This document shows, piece after piece, positions 31,636 through 41,976 of a stretch of 64,000 nt of DNA. The DNA comes from an uncultured bacterium (GTDB lineage: Bacteria; Verrucomicrobiota; Verrucomicrobiia; Limisphaerales; UBA8199), in NCBI GenBank assembly GCA_963749495.1, contig CAVVMW010000001.1:736001-800000 (forward strand), in the 5' to 3' direction. The first letter of the stretch is position 1, and the number at the start of each line of letters is the position of its first letter. The notes beneath the pieces were generated by a model. It saw nothing but the letters and a program-made list of their open reading frames with translations, was not told where the DNA came from and made no database searches. A program made the position numbers and the translations under genes.

Positions 31636-32340
31636 ATGGCCGAAGTCATGCGAGAATTCGGGGCCTTGGTTCGCAAGCACCGCCAACGGTTGGGGATGTC
31701 GCAAGAGACCCTGGCCGAGCGGGCCGAGATGCACCGCACCTACATTACGAGCGTGGAATTGGGCGGGCGCAACCTCTCGCTGGAGAGCATTTGCAAACTG
31801 GCCCGGGCCCTCAACGTCTCGCTGAGCGCCCTCTTCGCCCAGGTCGAGGCCGGGCCAGGTTCCGGGGCCCCCGCCTCGCGCCGGGCGCATTCCGTCGTCG
31901 ATATCCTGCTGGTGGAGGACGACCCCAGGGACGTGGAACTAACGCTGGCGGCCTTCATAGAGGCCGGACTGACCAACCGCATCCACGTGGTTCGCGACGG
32001 GGCCGCCGCGCTGGATTATGTCTTTAGCCACGGCCAGTGCGCCAAGGTTTGGTTGGAGGCGCCGATGCCGGTGGTCCTGCTGGACCTGGCCCTGCCCAAG
32101 GTGCACGGGTTGGAGGTGTTGCGCCGGATCAAGGCCGACCCACACACCCGGCGCATCCATGTCATCGTGCTGACTGGCTCCCGTGAGGACGCGCATGTGC
32201 GCGAGGCCTTGCGCCTGGGGGCGGCGGCCTACATCGTCAAGCCCGTGGACTTCCGGAATTTCAGCGCCATTACCCCGCAACTCGACTGCTCCTGGATGTT
32301 GCTCGGGCGCTCCGCTCAGGAACGGCCCGGGTGCGAGTAA
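31636..32340 (+). CDS. XRE HTH - receiver domain fusion protein
   Basis: GMSQETLAERAEMHRTYITSVELGGRNLSL followed by ILLVEDDPRD, LLDLALPK, YIVKP. Confidence 0.9.
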   Translation: MAEVMREFGALVRKHRQRLGMSQETLAERAEMHRTYITSVELGGRNLSLESICKLARALNVSLSALFAQVEAGPGSGAPASRRAHSVVDILLVEDDPRDVELTLAAFIEAGLTNRIHVVRDGAAALDYVFSHGQCAKVWLEAPMPVVLLDLALPKVHGLEVLRRIKADPHTRRIHVIVLTGSREDAHVREALRLGAAAYIVKPVDFRNFSAITPQLDCSWMLLGRSAQERPGCE

Positions 32341-32605
32341 CTGCTCGGGTCGCAGTGAAAAGTGCCGCCGGATAGGAGCGCGGACGCCTCGTCCGCGCAT
32401 CGCTGGCGGCAAAAAAACGCGCGGACCGGGCGTCCGCGCTCCTATGCGGGGGCCGTTGACAAAGTTGTAGCGCAGGTTTCCAAACCTGTTGTATCGCCGA
32501 TTTCCAATCGGCAGGGCGTGGGCATGTCGAGCGCCCCCGGGTTTGCGGACGGCCTGCGGGTTTGGAAACCAGCGATACAGCAGGTTTGGAAACCTGCGCT
32601 ACGCT
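32338..32605. repeat. Two adjacent palindromic elements
   Basis: ATAGGAGCGCGGACGCC type (relative at 45300-45424) and GTAGCGCAGGTTTCCAAACCTG type (relative at 52877-53079). Confidence 0.85.
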
Positions 32606-33957
32606 GGCGGGGAACAACTGGTTCTTTTGAACCCTACGCCACCTGGGCTGACTCCGGGCATCGCCATGGGTGCGATGTCCAGCTTCATCTTCCAATCCAG
32701 TTCGTCAGGCACGAGTTTTTCCTGGGAGTTCATGGCCTGGTCCCAGGTGACTTCCTGGCCCGTGTAGGCGGCCATGCGGCCCATGAGCGCCATCAGCGTG
32801 CTCTGGGCCATCCGGGGGCCGTCGTTGATGGGCTGGCCGCTGCGGATGCTGGCAAAGAGTTCCTTGTGCTCCTGGTCGTACATATCGACCTGGTCCGGCG
32901 TCTTGCGGTAGCGCCAGGTCTGTTTGCCCTTGATAATGGGGTCCATCCAGCCGGACCGGCCGACCCCCTCGGCGCCCATCAGGTAATCGGAGTTGTCACT
33001 GTAGCTCTTGTTGCCGCCGATCTGCTTCTGGCCAACGAACCCGCGCACGTCATTGGCAAACTCATAGACCACGAACATGTGGTCGAAGATATTGCCCTGG
33101 TTGTTGGGGGTCTGGCGCCCGCCCACGGCCACCGCCTTGAGCGGGGGCACGTCCTTCATGGCCCAGGCCACCTTGTCCACGCTGTGGCAGCACTGCTCCA
33201 GGTAGCCGTCGCCGGAGAGCCAGACGAAGTTGTACCAGTTGCGCAACTGCCATTCCAGGTCGCCCATGCCGCCGGGCCGTTTGCTGGCCGCGGGCATCGG
33301 CTTGACCGGGCCCGTGTAGTAGGTGGCGTAGATGGCACGGATTTCCCCGATCGCCCCGTCGTGAATGCGCTTGTAAAACTCCCGCCGCGGCTTGTCGTAA
33401 CGCCAGCAGAACCCCGCCACCAGGGCCAGTTGCTTTTCCTTGGCTGTTTTGGCCGACTCGATGACCGAGCGCAGCCCGGGGGCGTCCGTGGCCATCGGCT
33501 TCTCGCAGAAGACGTGCTTGCCCGCGGCGACCGCCGCCTTGAGGTGCACCGGGCGGAACCCGGGAGGCGTGGCCAGCAGGACCACATCCACCCCGCTCTC
33601 GATCACCTTCTGGTAGGCGTCCAGCCCGGCAAAGCACTTCTCCGGGGCGACCTTGACCCGTTCTTTGCAATTGTCCGGCAAGCTGCCCTGGAGGCCTTGC
33701 AGGGTATTCTGCATCGGCTCGGGGAAGGCGTCACCCAGGGCGGTCAGCACCGCATTCTGGTCTCCCTTGAGGGCATTGACGGCGGCGCCCGAGCCGCGCC
33801 CGCCGCAGCCGATCAGCCCGATGCGCAGCGTATCGCTGCTGGCCTGGGCCCCCAGGTTGCCCGGCAAAAGCGCCGGGGCGGCCAGCGCCCCGCCCACCAG
33901 CGCGGAGGTCTTGAGAAATTCCCGTCGTGTCGTCAGCGTGTTATTTGGCGTGTTCAT
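32599..33957 (-). CDS. Tat-exported Gfo/Idh/MocA oxidoreductase
   Basis: TRREFLK, IGLIGCGGRG, HVFCEKPM, EQCCHSVD. Confidence 0.93.
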   Translation of the reverse strand: MNTPNNTLTTRREFLKTSALVGGALAAPALLPGNLGAQASSDTLRIGLIGCGGRGSGAAVNALKGDQNAVLTALGDAFPEPMQNTLQGLQGSLPDNCKERVKVAPEKCFAGLDAYQKVIESGVDVVLLATPPGFRPVHLKAAVAAGKHVFCEKPMATDAPGLRSVIESAKTAKEKQLALVAGFCWRYDKPRREFYKRIHDGAIGEIRAIYATYYTGPVKPMPAASKRPGGMGDLEWQLRNWYNFVWLSGDGYLEQCCHSVDKVAWAMKDVPPLKAVAVGGRQTPNNQGNIFDHMFVVYEFANDVRGFVGQKQIGGNKSYSDNSDYLMGAEGVGRSGWMDPIIKGKQTWRYRKTPDQVDMYDQEHKELFASIRSGQPINDGPRMAQSTLMALMGRMAAYTGQEVTWDQAMNSQEKLVPDELDWKMKLDIAPMAMPGVSPGGVGFKRTSCSPPA

Positions 33958-34065
33958 AGTCAGCAAATGCTCCGGCGATATTGACCGCGCCGGGCGGTCA
34001 AGTAAATACCCAAATTCAGGTATTGCGCTCCGGCCGCGGATCTGCTAATGAGTAGTGCAACGGCA

Positions 34066-34139
34066 GCGGGTGTGGTTCAGTGGCAGAATGCGGGCTTCCC
34101 AAGCCTGAGATGAGGGTTCGATTCCCTTCACCCGCTCCA
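34066..34139 (+). tRNA. tRNA-Gly(CCC)
   Basis: GCGGGTG/CACCCGC acceptor stem, loop TTCCCAA, GGTTCGATTCC T arm, encoded CCA. Confidence 0.96.
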
Positions 34140-34378
34140 TCCTTCCACATCAACGACTTACACAAGATTTCCAAGAGAAAAAGCCTATGATCGCAAAGCT
34201 CGGTTGCGTCGTTGGTGGGCAGGCACTTACAGCGACCGCAGACTTTCATACTCGATCATTTTGTCCCATCGGTGGCCCTATCTGGTTTTTCAGCTTTGAA
34301 GGTCTGGTAGTCGTAAGCCCTTCTCCCGGCGTGGCTTAGGCGGTGCGCTGCGTTGGACGGGCCGAGCGAGCCAAGGCG

Positions 34379-34442
34379 TTGACAAGCCCCCAGCCCATGA
34401 TACAGTATTAAATATCTGACGGATAGTTTAACACTATATCAT
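34379..34442 (+). promoter_or_regulatory. Sigma-70-like promoter overlapped by an AT-rich inverted repeat
   Basis: TTGACA-N16-TACAGT with a TG extension; imperfect palindrome 34397-34442. Confidence 0.6.
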
Positions 34443-34448
34443 TTGCCT

Positions 34449-36930
34449 ATGACGCCTCCACGGCCCGCGACCGAGCGCCTGGAAAAATTGTTCCACCGCC
34501 GCAAGTGCTGGATGCTCGACCAACTCGCCGAGGCTCTCGGCTACGCCCTGATCTCGGTGCGCCGCTTCCTCAAGCAGGTCGGCTACTTCAGGAGTTACAC
34601 CCAGAACGGCAAGTGGTACACTCTGCGCGATTCCCCAGACTTTGACCGAGATGGCCTGTGGCACTACAGAGGGATCGGCTTTTCCAAACACGGCAGTCTC
34701 ACCGCCACCATTGATCACCTGGTCGGAGGCAGCCCCGCCGGACTGTCCGCCAGCGAACTGACCGGGAAGTTGCAACACCCCTGTCACGCCGTTTTGAGCC
34801 AACTGCACAAGGCGGGCCGATTGGATCGTCTCCGGCTCTCAGGCCAGTTTCGCTACCTGGCGGCCGACCCGCACCTCAATCGCCAGCAGCGCGAGCAAGC
34901 CGCCTTCGCGCAAGCCACCAGCCCCACGGCCGCGCTGAGCACGCAAACCACCCTCTGGGTCTTGGTGGAATACATCAAGGAGCCCGCACTGAGCTTCGAG
35001 CAGATCGCCACCCGGCTCCGAGAGCAACGTAACCTCGCCGTGGCTCCCGAGAGCATCCAGCGCTTCTTCCAGGAACACGGTCTAAAAAAAACGCCCCAGG
35101 CACCCAACTGAATACGCTGGCCACCTTCCGGAGTTACCAGGAGAAGTTGGCGAGAGAGAGTTCCCCGGCCTGTCTGTTCGCGCAACGGCCTACCGTGCCC
35201 TTTCGGCCCGCCCAAACCGATTGCCCCGACTGTCGGGCGCCGCTCCAGGTTTACAAAACCCAGCGCCGAAGGGTTCAGACCCTGCCGCTGGGCTGCTTTA
35301 GCGCGCACGAAACCCTCCTGCACTGCGAGCACTGCCCCAACGACACCCTCTATGGCGCCGAGTCTCTCAGTCAACTGGTGCCCTCGGGCTGCACCTTTGG
35401 GTACGATGTGCTGGTCTTCGTCGGCCAGGCGCTTTTCTTGCACCAGCGCCGGGCCGAGCAAATCATCGAGGAATTGCAAGCGCACCAGGTTCGGCTCAGT
35501 CCCAGTGAAGTCGGCTATCTGGGAAGAAAGTTCGTCGTTTACCTCGCCCTGGCGCACCGGCAGTCGGCGCCACCCCTCAAGCAAGCCATGCGCGCCCAAG
35601 GCGGTTACATTCTCCATCTGGATGGCACCGGTGAAGGGGGCGGGCCGATGTTGATGAGCAGCCTGGATTCGCTCTCGGAAATCGTGCTGGGCAATGTGAA
35701 GGTGCCCTCGGAAAAGACCGAGCAGATTGTCCCGTTCCTGCAGGAGATCAAGCGCCGCTTTGGGGTGCCGGTGGCGGCCGTCCATGACATGGGCCACGGC
35801 ATCCTGGCGGCAGTCCAGAGGGTGTTTCCCGGCGTGCCGGACTTTGTTTGTCATTTTCATTTTCTGCGCGATGCCGGCAAGGATCTCCTGGAGGCCGACT
35901 ATGACGCTATCCGGCAGCGCCTGCGCAAGCATGGCCTGACCGAAAAGCTGCTCTATTACGCTCGCCGGTTCAAAGCTGCCATTGATGAGCAGCCCGGCTT
36001 GGTCGAGAGCTTCTGTCAGGATGTGCAGGGCCACTGTCTGCCGAGCGAGAAGCTGGAGGTCTTTCCGCTGCTCTGTGCCTACGCTCTGATCCAGTGGGCA
36101 CTGGAGGGTAAAACCGACGGCCAGGGCTACGGGTTCCCCTTTGATCGGCCTCACGTGCAGTTTGCCAAGCGCCTGCGGCTCTGGGGCAGGGCTTGGAACA
36201 AATCAAGGACGTTCACCTCCGCGGCCAATGGGCGGACAACAAACCGCTATTCAAGCTGTCCTGTGAACTCAAAGGAATCTACGCCGATGAGGGCCTGCAA
36301 AGAATGCTCACCGCCATCGACCTCAAGATCGCGGTGTTCGACCGACTGCGTAGCGCGATGCGTATTGCCGAAGCCGGCGGAGCCGCTGGTCTCAACTCTG
36401 GCAGCCGCCCGATGGCTATGGGCCCGATTGAAAAGGCGGTCGAGCACTTCCACCAGGAGATTACCTCCCGTGCCGATTACCCTTCCACCCCCCACTGGCA
36501 GGCCCTCATCGGGCAGATCGACAAGTATAAAGACAAGCTCTTTGCCGATCCGATCACGGTGAGGACCCCCAGCGGAACACGGCGCCTCCAACCCCAGCGC
36601 ACCAACAACCTTATGGAGCGGTTCTTCCGCGATTTTCGGCGAGGAGCTCGCCGCAGAAGCGGGCACAACTCGATCAGCCGCTTGCTCCAAAGCATGATCG
36701 CCGACACCCCATTGGTCCGAAATCTGGAAAATCCTGGCTGCCTCAAAATCCTGCTCAACGGCCAGGCTACCCTCGAAGAACGCTTTGCCCAGATCGACGC
36801 TCAAACCGTTCGCGAAGAACTGCGGGCGGTTCAAGGCTCCTTGGAGAAAGTACCTCCGCAAATCCGGCAACTGATCGCACTCCCCGCCTTCCCCGAGGCC
36901 ATCTGCCGCCTATTTCAGAAAGCCGCCTGA
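34449..36930 (+). mobile_element. Two-ORF DDE transposase-like element (HTH orfA plus Mutator/ISL3-like orfB); frameshifts near 35084-35091 and 36185
   Basis: orfA 34449-35111; orfB has CxxC pairs, ILHLDGT, VHDMG, CHFHFLRD and a final QRTNNLMERFFR; element ends not defined. Confidence 0.8.
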
Positions 36931-37007
36931 CGCACCGATCCAACGGACTTTTGTTTCCATAGAAAGAAAGACTGGAAAACAGCGCCCTTGGAAGCCATAT
37001 TGCTGCT

Positions 37008-37745
37008 GTGAACGATGAACTCACGAGTGCGAGCTGTCGGCTTTGCGGCCGGAAAATTGGCAAGCGCCAGGCGACCAACCATCTCAAGACTTGCTGGGAA
37101 CGGCACGCGATTGCCGAGCCCGGCAAAACGGTTCGCCACTGGTTCCATCTGATCGTGGCGGCCAGGTACGCGCCCGATTTCTGGCTGCACCTGCAAGCGC
37201 CGGGCCACCGCACGTTCGGGGAGTTGGACAGCGTCCTGCGCCGCCTCTGGCTGGAATGTTGCGACCATCTAAGCGCGTTTGAGTTTCCCGTCAAACGCCC
37301 CCCACATCCGCGCGGCTTTCCGCACGATATCGGGCGGTTGTTGGCCGCGCTGGACCAATGCGCCCGGCAGCCGATGCCGGAGGACGACAACGCACTGATG
37401 GACAAGACCTTGGGCAGCAGACTCGTGCCTGGCATGGGGTTTTCTCATCAATACGATTTCGGCTCCACCACTCACCTGGCGCTGCGTGTCGTCGGCGAAC
37501 ACCATGCGCCCGCAATCAAAGGCGACTTTAAGCTGCTGGCCCGCAACGAACCGCCCCTCTTTCCGTGTTCGGTCTGCGGAAAACCGGCCACGCAGTTCTG
37601 CCATGAGTGTGCCGATACCGACAGCGCCGATCTCTGTGATGGCTGCGCCAGCATGCACGAGTGCGGTTCCGACGCGCTGGTGCCGCTCATCAACTCTCCG
37701 CGTCTCGGCGTTTGCGGCTATTGTGGCCCCTCCGTCGAACCCTGA
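37008..37745 (+). CDS. pRiA4b ORF3-like / TnpR-like protein with Cys-rich termini
   Basis: LWLECCDHLSAF, YDFGSTT, ARNEPP, INSPRLGVCGY. Confidence 0.7.
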   Translation: MNDELTSASCRLCGRKIGKRQATNHLKTCWERHAIAEPGKTVRHWFHLIVAARYAPDFWLHLQAPGHRTFGELDSVLRRLWLECCDHLSAFEFPVKRPPHPRGFPHDIGRLLAALDQCARQPMPEDDNALMDKTLGSRLVPGMGFSHQYDFGSTTHLALRVVGEHHAPAIKGDFKLLARNEPPLFPCSVCGKPATQFCHECADTDSADLCDGCASMHECGSDALVPLINSPRLGVCGYCGPSVEP

Positions 37746-37933
37746 AGCCTGGCGGGCCACGTCGGGCCCATTGCCGCGACGTAGATGGCGGCGCCGCGAT
37801 ACTTCATCCTGCGATCCTCATTTGCCGCCATCCGTGAACAACTCGTATGGTTCATTTATCTTGACTCCTGGCGGCAAGCCCCGGCAGATTTAGCCCATGC
37901 CGCGCACGTTGCACATTCGGAGAAGACGATTCA

Positions 37934-39010
37934 GTGACCCCGCGTGAACGAGTTCTGGCCGCGTTGGGCCACCGGCAACCGGACCGCGTGCCGCGGCTGC
38001 TGTATGAAGAGGCGATAGGTTACACGCCGCCCATCGAGCGGCTGCTGCTGGAACATTGCAGCCCCAGAACACCGCGCGAGTATTTTGAAATGGACATCAC
38101 CCGCGTGGTCCTCGCTCCAAGCCGTTTGCGGCGAGACCGGTTTGCGGAATGGCTCGGAGCAGAGGCCTCGGCGGCGCTGGCCAGCGGCCAGGTCAATGAG
38201 TGGGGGGTATGGCGGCGGACAGGCAACTTCCATCACTTCACCCGCCTCCAGTCGCCATTGCGGGGGATTGAGAATCTCCAGCGGCTCAAAAGCTATCCCT
38301 GGCCGGACCTCGACCAAGCCTACCGCTTTGAACCCGTCCGCCGCCAGGTCGAGCACTGGCACGCACAAGGCCTGGCAGTCGCCGCCTCGGCGGGATCCGT
38401 GTTCGAGCGTTCGTGGTATTTGCGCGGCCTGGAAGAACTGCTGGTCGATATGCTCGAGGCGCCGGAGATAGCACATTTCCTCTTCGAACGCACGGCGGCA
38501 TTGCAGAAAGTGGTCGCCGAGCGGCTCGCTCGGTCCGGAGTGGACATCATCATCCTTGGCGACGACGTGGCGACCCAGCGGTCGCTCATGATGCGGGTCG
38601 AGACGTGGCGAGAGTTCCTTGGACCGCGCTTGGCGGCCACTGCGCAGGCGGTAAAGGCGGCCAATCCGGCTTCGTTTGTATTCTACCATTCGGATGGGAA
38701 TGTGTCGGCCCTGGTTCCGGACTTGATTCAGGCGGGCATGGATATCCTGAATCCTGTCCAACCGGAATGCATGGACCCGGCGGCGCTCAAGCAGCAGTAT
38801 GGGGATCGGCTTTCCTTTTGGGGGACTGTGAGCGTGCAAAAGACGATGCCGTTCGGTTCATCGGAAGAGGTCCGAGCCGAAGTGCGAGCCCGGATCCGCG
38901 AAGTGGGTCGAGGTGGCGGCCTCATTTTGGCGCCAGCCCATGTCTTGAGCCCGGAAGTGCCCTGGGAGAATATTGTCGCCTTTTTCGAGGCGGCCTCTGA
39001 ACCCCTATAG
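37934..39010 (+). CDS. Uroporphyrinogen decarboxylase-family protein (MtaA/CmuA-like)
   Basis: TPRERVLAAL..PDRVP, GDDVATQ, YHSDG, LNPVQPE, ILAPAH. Confidence 0.9.
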   Translation: MTPRERVLAALGHRQPDRVPRLLYEEAIGYTPPIERLLLEHCSPRTPREYFEMDITRVVLAPSRLRRDRFAEWLGAEASAALASGQVNEWGVWRRTGNFHHFTRLQSPLRGIENLQRLKSYPWPDLDQAYRFEPVRRQVEHWHAQGLAVAASAGSVFERSWYLRGLEELLVDMLEAPEIAHFLFERTAALQKVVAERLARSGVDIIILGDDVATQRSLMMRVETWREFLGPRLAATAQAVKAANPASFVFYHSDGNVSALVPDLIQAGMDILNPVQPECMDPAALKQQYGDRLSFWGTVSVQKTMPFGSSEEVRAEVRARIREVGRGGGLILAPAHVLSPEVPWENIVAFFEAASEPL

Positions 39011-39047
39011 CAGGCATCCACGTCTTCACTCCAAACAATCTAACACC

Positions 39048-40331
39048 ATGAGCACACAAATACCCTTGAGAATCGCTTGTGTCGGCTGCGGCGCCCGAGC
39101 GCAGACTTATGTGCAGCTTGCTGGCCGGTTTCCGGATCGCTTCCGGATTGTCGCCGGCGCCGATCCGGTGGCCGAACGGGTGGAGAGGATAAGGCGCCTC
39201 TCGGCCAATCCTGAATTTAGAGGATTTGCCCGCGGCGAAGACCTGTTGTCGGCGGGGAAGCTGGCCGATGTCGTCCTGGTAGCCACCCAGGATAGTGACC
39301 ACTACGAGCCCTGCCGTCGGGCTTTGGAATTGGGATGCGACGTGTTGCTGGAAAAGCCCATCGCCACTCGTGTCGGCCAGGTGCTCGAGATCGAACGTCT
39401 GGCCAACAAGACCGGCCGCCGAGTCATGGTCTGCTTTGTCCTGCGCTTCGCCGCGTTTTATCGGAAGGTGAAGGAGATCATTGATTCGGGCCTCATCGGG
39501 GAAGTGGTGTTGATTCAGGCCAACGAAGGCGTCATGCCCTGGCACCAGGCCCATTCCTTCGTGCGCGGCCATTGGGCGGTTACCGGGAAGAGCTCCCCCA
39601 TGATTCTGTCCAAGTGCTGCCACGACATGGATGTCATCCACTGGCTCGTGGGACGACGTTGTTGACGTCTTTCCAGTTACGGCTCGCTGGAGTTCTTCCG
39701 CCCCGAGCGTGCCCCTGCCGGAGCGCCGTCTCGATGCACGGAGGGCTGCCCGGAGCAAGCCGTGTGCCCCTACAATGCCCTGCGATATGCGGATGACATG
39801 CGCGTGCCTTGGCTGGCCCAAGTGTATGACCGCGCCGCCGATGCCTCCCGTGAAGAAATTGTGGCTTGGCTGGCCACAAGTCCATGGGGACGTTGCGTTT
39901 ATCGTTGCGACAACGACGCCGTCGATCGGCAGGTGCTCGCCATGGAGTTTGAGGGCGGCATCACGGGCACCTTTACCATGACGGCGTTTGCCAGCGGCCG
40001 CCATATCGAGGTTTACGGCACCCGGGGCGCGCTCAAAGGCGGCGAAACCTACCGGCAACATCTTGGCGTTCACCTCCTGGTTATTCCCCACGAAGGTTCG
40101 GTGCAGCGCTACACCGTCCAGGCGGAGGACGGAGGCTATGAACTGCACGGCGGTGGAGATGCCGGACTGGTGAAAGCCCTCTATGGCGAGATGACCAAAT
40201 CGGCCGAACAGCCGCTGGAAGCGGGCATCGAATCCACGGTGCACAGCCACGTCATCGCCTTCGCCGCCGAAGAGTCGCGCCTGACCGGCCGGCCGGTGGA
40301 CGTGGCCCAATACCAAAGGGCTTGGAGCTGA
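39048..40331 (+). pseudogene. Gfo/Idh/MocA oxidoreductase with in-frame TGA at 39663-39665
   Basis: VGCGARA, LLEKPI, HSFVRGHW, KCCHDMD; the same frame continues GRRC*RLSSYGSL to HGGGD. Confidence 0.85.
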
Positions 40332-40364
40332 CCAGCAGCCGGGAGTTCTCATCTCCTCCGTCTT

Positions 40365-40724
40365 ATGAGCCGCCTGGATCGAATTGCGGACTGGGGGCCG
40401 CTCGCCGCGCTGGCTGGGTACAACGCGGCGAGGCTGGCCGCCCAACGCGGTGTCACCTACGAGCAACTGAGAAGGCACTTCGCCCGCAGGTTCGGCGCCG
40501 CGCCGCAGGCCTTTTTGGATGAGCTGCGCCTCTCCCAGGCCGCGGCCCACCTGCGATCCTCACGCCTCTCGATCAAGGAGATCGCGGGAAAACTCGGGTT
40601 CGCCGACCCGAGCCAGTTTTGCCACCGGTTCCGCGCCCGTTTCGGCTGCTCGCCCGGTGAGTACGCCGCCCGGTTCCGTCTCTCGCCGCAACCAAGCCCC
40701 AGCCCCGCGGGGCCCTGCCCGTGA
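40365..40724 (+). CDS. AraC-family HTH protein (DNA-binding domain only)
   Basis: SIKEIAGKLGFADPSQFCHRFRARFGCSP. Confidence 0.85.
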   Translation: MSRLDRIADWGPLAALAGYNAARLAAQRGVTYEQLRRHFARRFGAAPQAFLDELRLSQAAAHLRSSRLSIKEIAGKLGFADPSQFCHRFRARFGCSPGEYAARFRLSPQPSPSPAGPCP

Positions 40725-40970
40725 TGCCCAAGGCCAAGATCCTGATCGTCAGCGAGAGCCCCATCCTGCCAACCGGGATGGGCGTGGTCATCCGGCTCAT
40801 CTCCGGAACGCTGCTGGACAGGTACCCAGACCGCTACGAGTTGCACCAGGTCGCTCTCTACCACAGCTACCCCGTGGCAGAGCCCAGGTGGCCGCTCTAC
40901 CCAACGCGGCGCGCCAGGGACGCGCAGGGGACGCCTATCTTCCTGGCCGCCGACGCCAACGGCGAGATCA
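40724..40970 (+). pseudogene. Probable N-terminal fragment of a GT-B glycosyltransferase
   Basis: KILIVSESPILPTGMGVV start, then degrades into low-complexity sequence. Confidence 0.45.
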
Positions 40971-41157
40971 CGGGGTGTTGTCTGCCGCACAGATTCATTG
41001 TCCCAGACACACATTTTCGGGTGCGCCGGGCAAGATCGAGCGCCGGAGGGCGGCGGCGCGCGCGGGCCGGGGGGAATCCGCGAGTTCGCGGGCCCGCTGG
41101 GGGCCGTGGGGCAAAGGCAGGGCGGCGGAGCAGCCGCGCGGCCACAGTCCAGGCCGG

Positions 41158-41700
41158 CTACCAGAACGCGAGGGTTATTAGGCCTTCCCGGTGCGGCTGG
41201 TTATCCACATTGAAGCGCCTGAGCACAGCGTCTTGACGCGAATCGAAAAAACGCGCGGCGGGGCCGGACTCAGCATGCCCGTCGCAGAAGATCACGTTGA
41301 ACCGGCCAAGGTGGCGGCGCTGATATTGCGCGCGGCGCGCCTGGAAAACACCCGGGTCCGACGCCGCCGGAGGCCGCAGGGCAAGATCCTCGAGCGCATG
41401 GCAGAGCTTATCCGAGCCGAGGAAGGCCGATGGCGGGAAGCCATAAGAGAGATCGGTCGGGGACTCGAAGGTGAACGGCTTCATGGCCGAATCGCCCAAG
41501 GCCAGCATCTCAGCAGGCTTGAGGACCTCGCTCTCGGGGGTCTGCAACTGGTACATGTTCCACCAGCCCAGCCCCAGCCCGTGTAACCCATCGCTGATGG
41601 CAGTTCCGCTGTTGTTATAGGCGTAGGCCCCATAGGCGGGGGGGGCGTTAGTCGAGTATGCCCCTGGGAGTCGATTGTACCCGCGGCAGGCCCAGACGCC
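41158..41700 (-). pseudogene. C-terminal part of a prepilin-type/DUF1559 H-X9-DG protein
   Basis: PAEMLALGDS, RHLGRFNVIFCDGHAE; N-terminal methylation motif absent and a repeat sits in its place. Confidence 0.8.
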
Positions 41701-41976
41701 GGTTGGGGCCGGCCCGATGCCGCCGTTGGAGAATGGAGCGCCCGGCCACTGAGCTTCAGGCGTCCCTTTCGGGACGCGGGTTTTTGGGGCGTCGTACCCA
41801 GCGCTGAAGCGCCGGGCTATTCTCGGGATGTCCCTCCGGGACAAAGCTCGACGTCGGCCCAGCGTGAACATTCACGTCAAACCCGCTCCTGCACCTGAAC
41901 AGTCACTGAGAATCAAAGTGCTGGCCGGCCCGCTGCTTGGAAGCTATCCTCCGACTCGGCAAGCAGATACCGCTAT

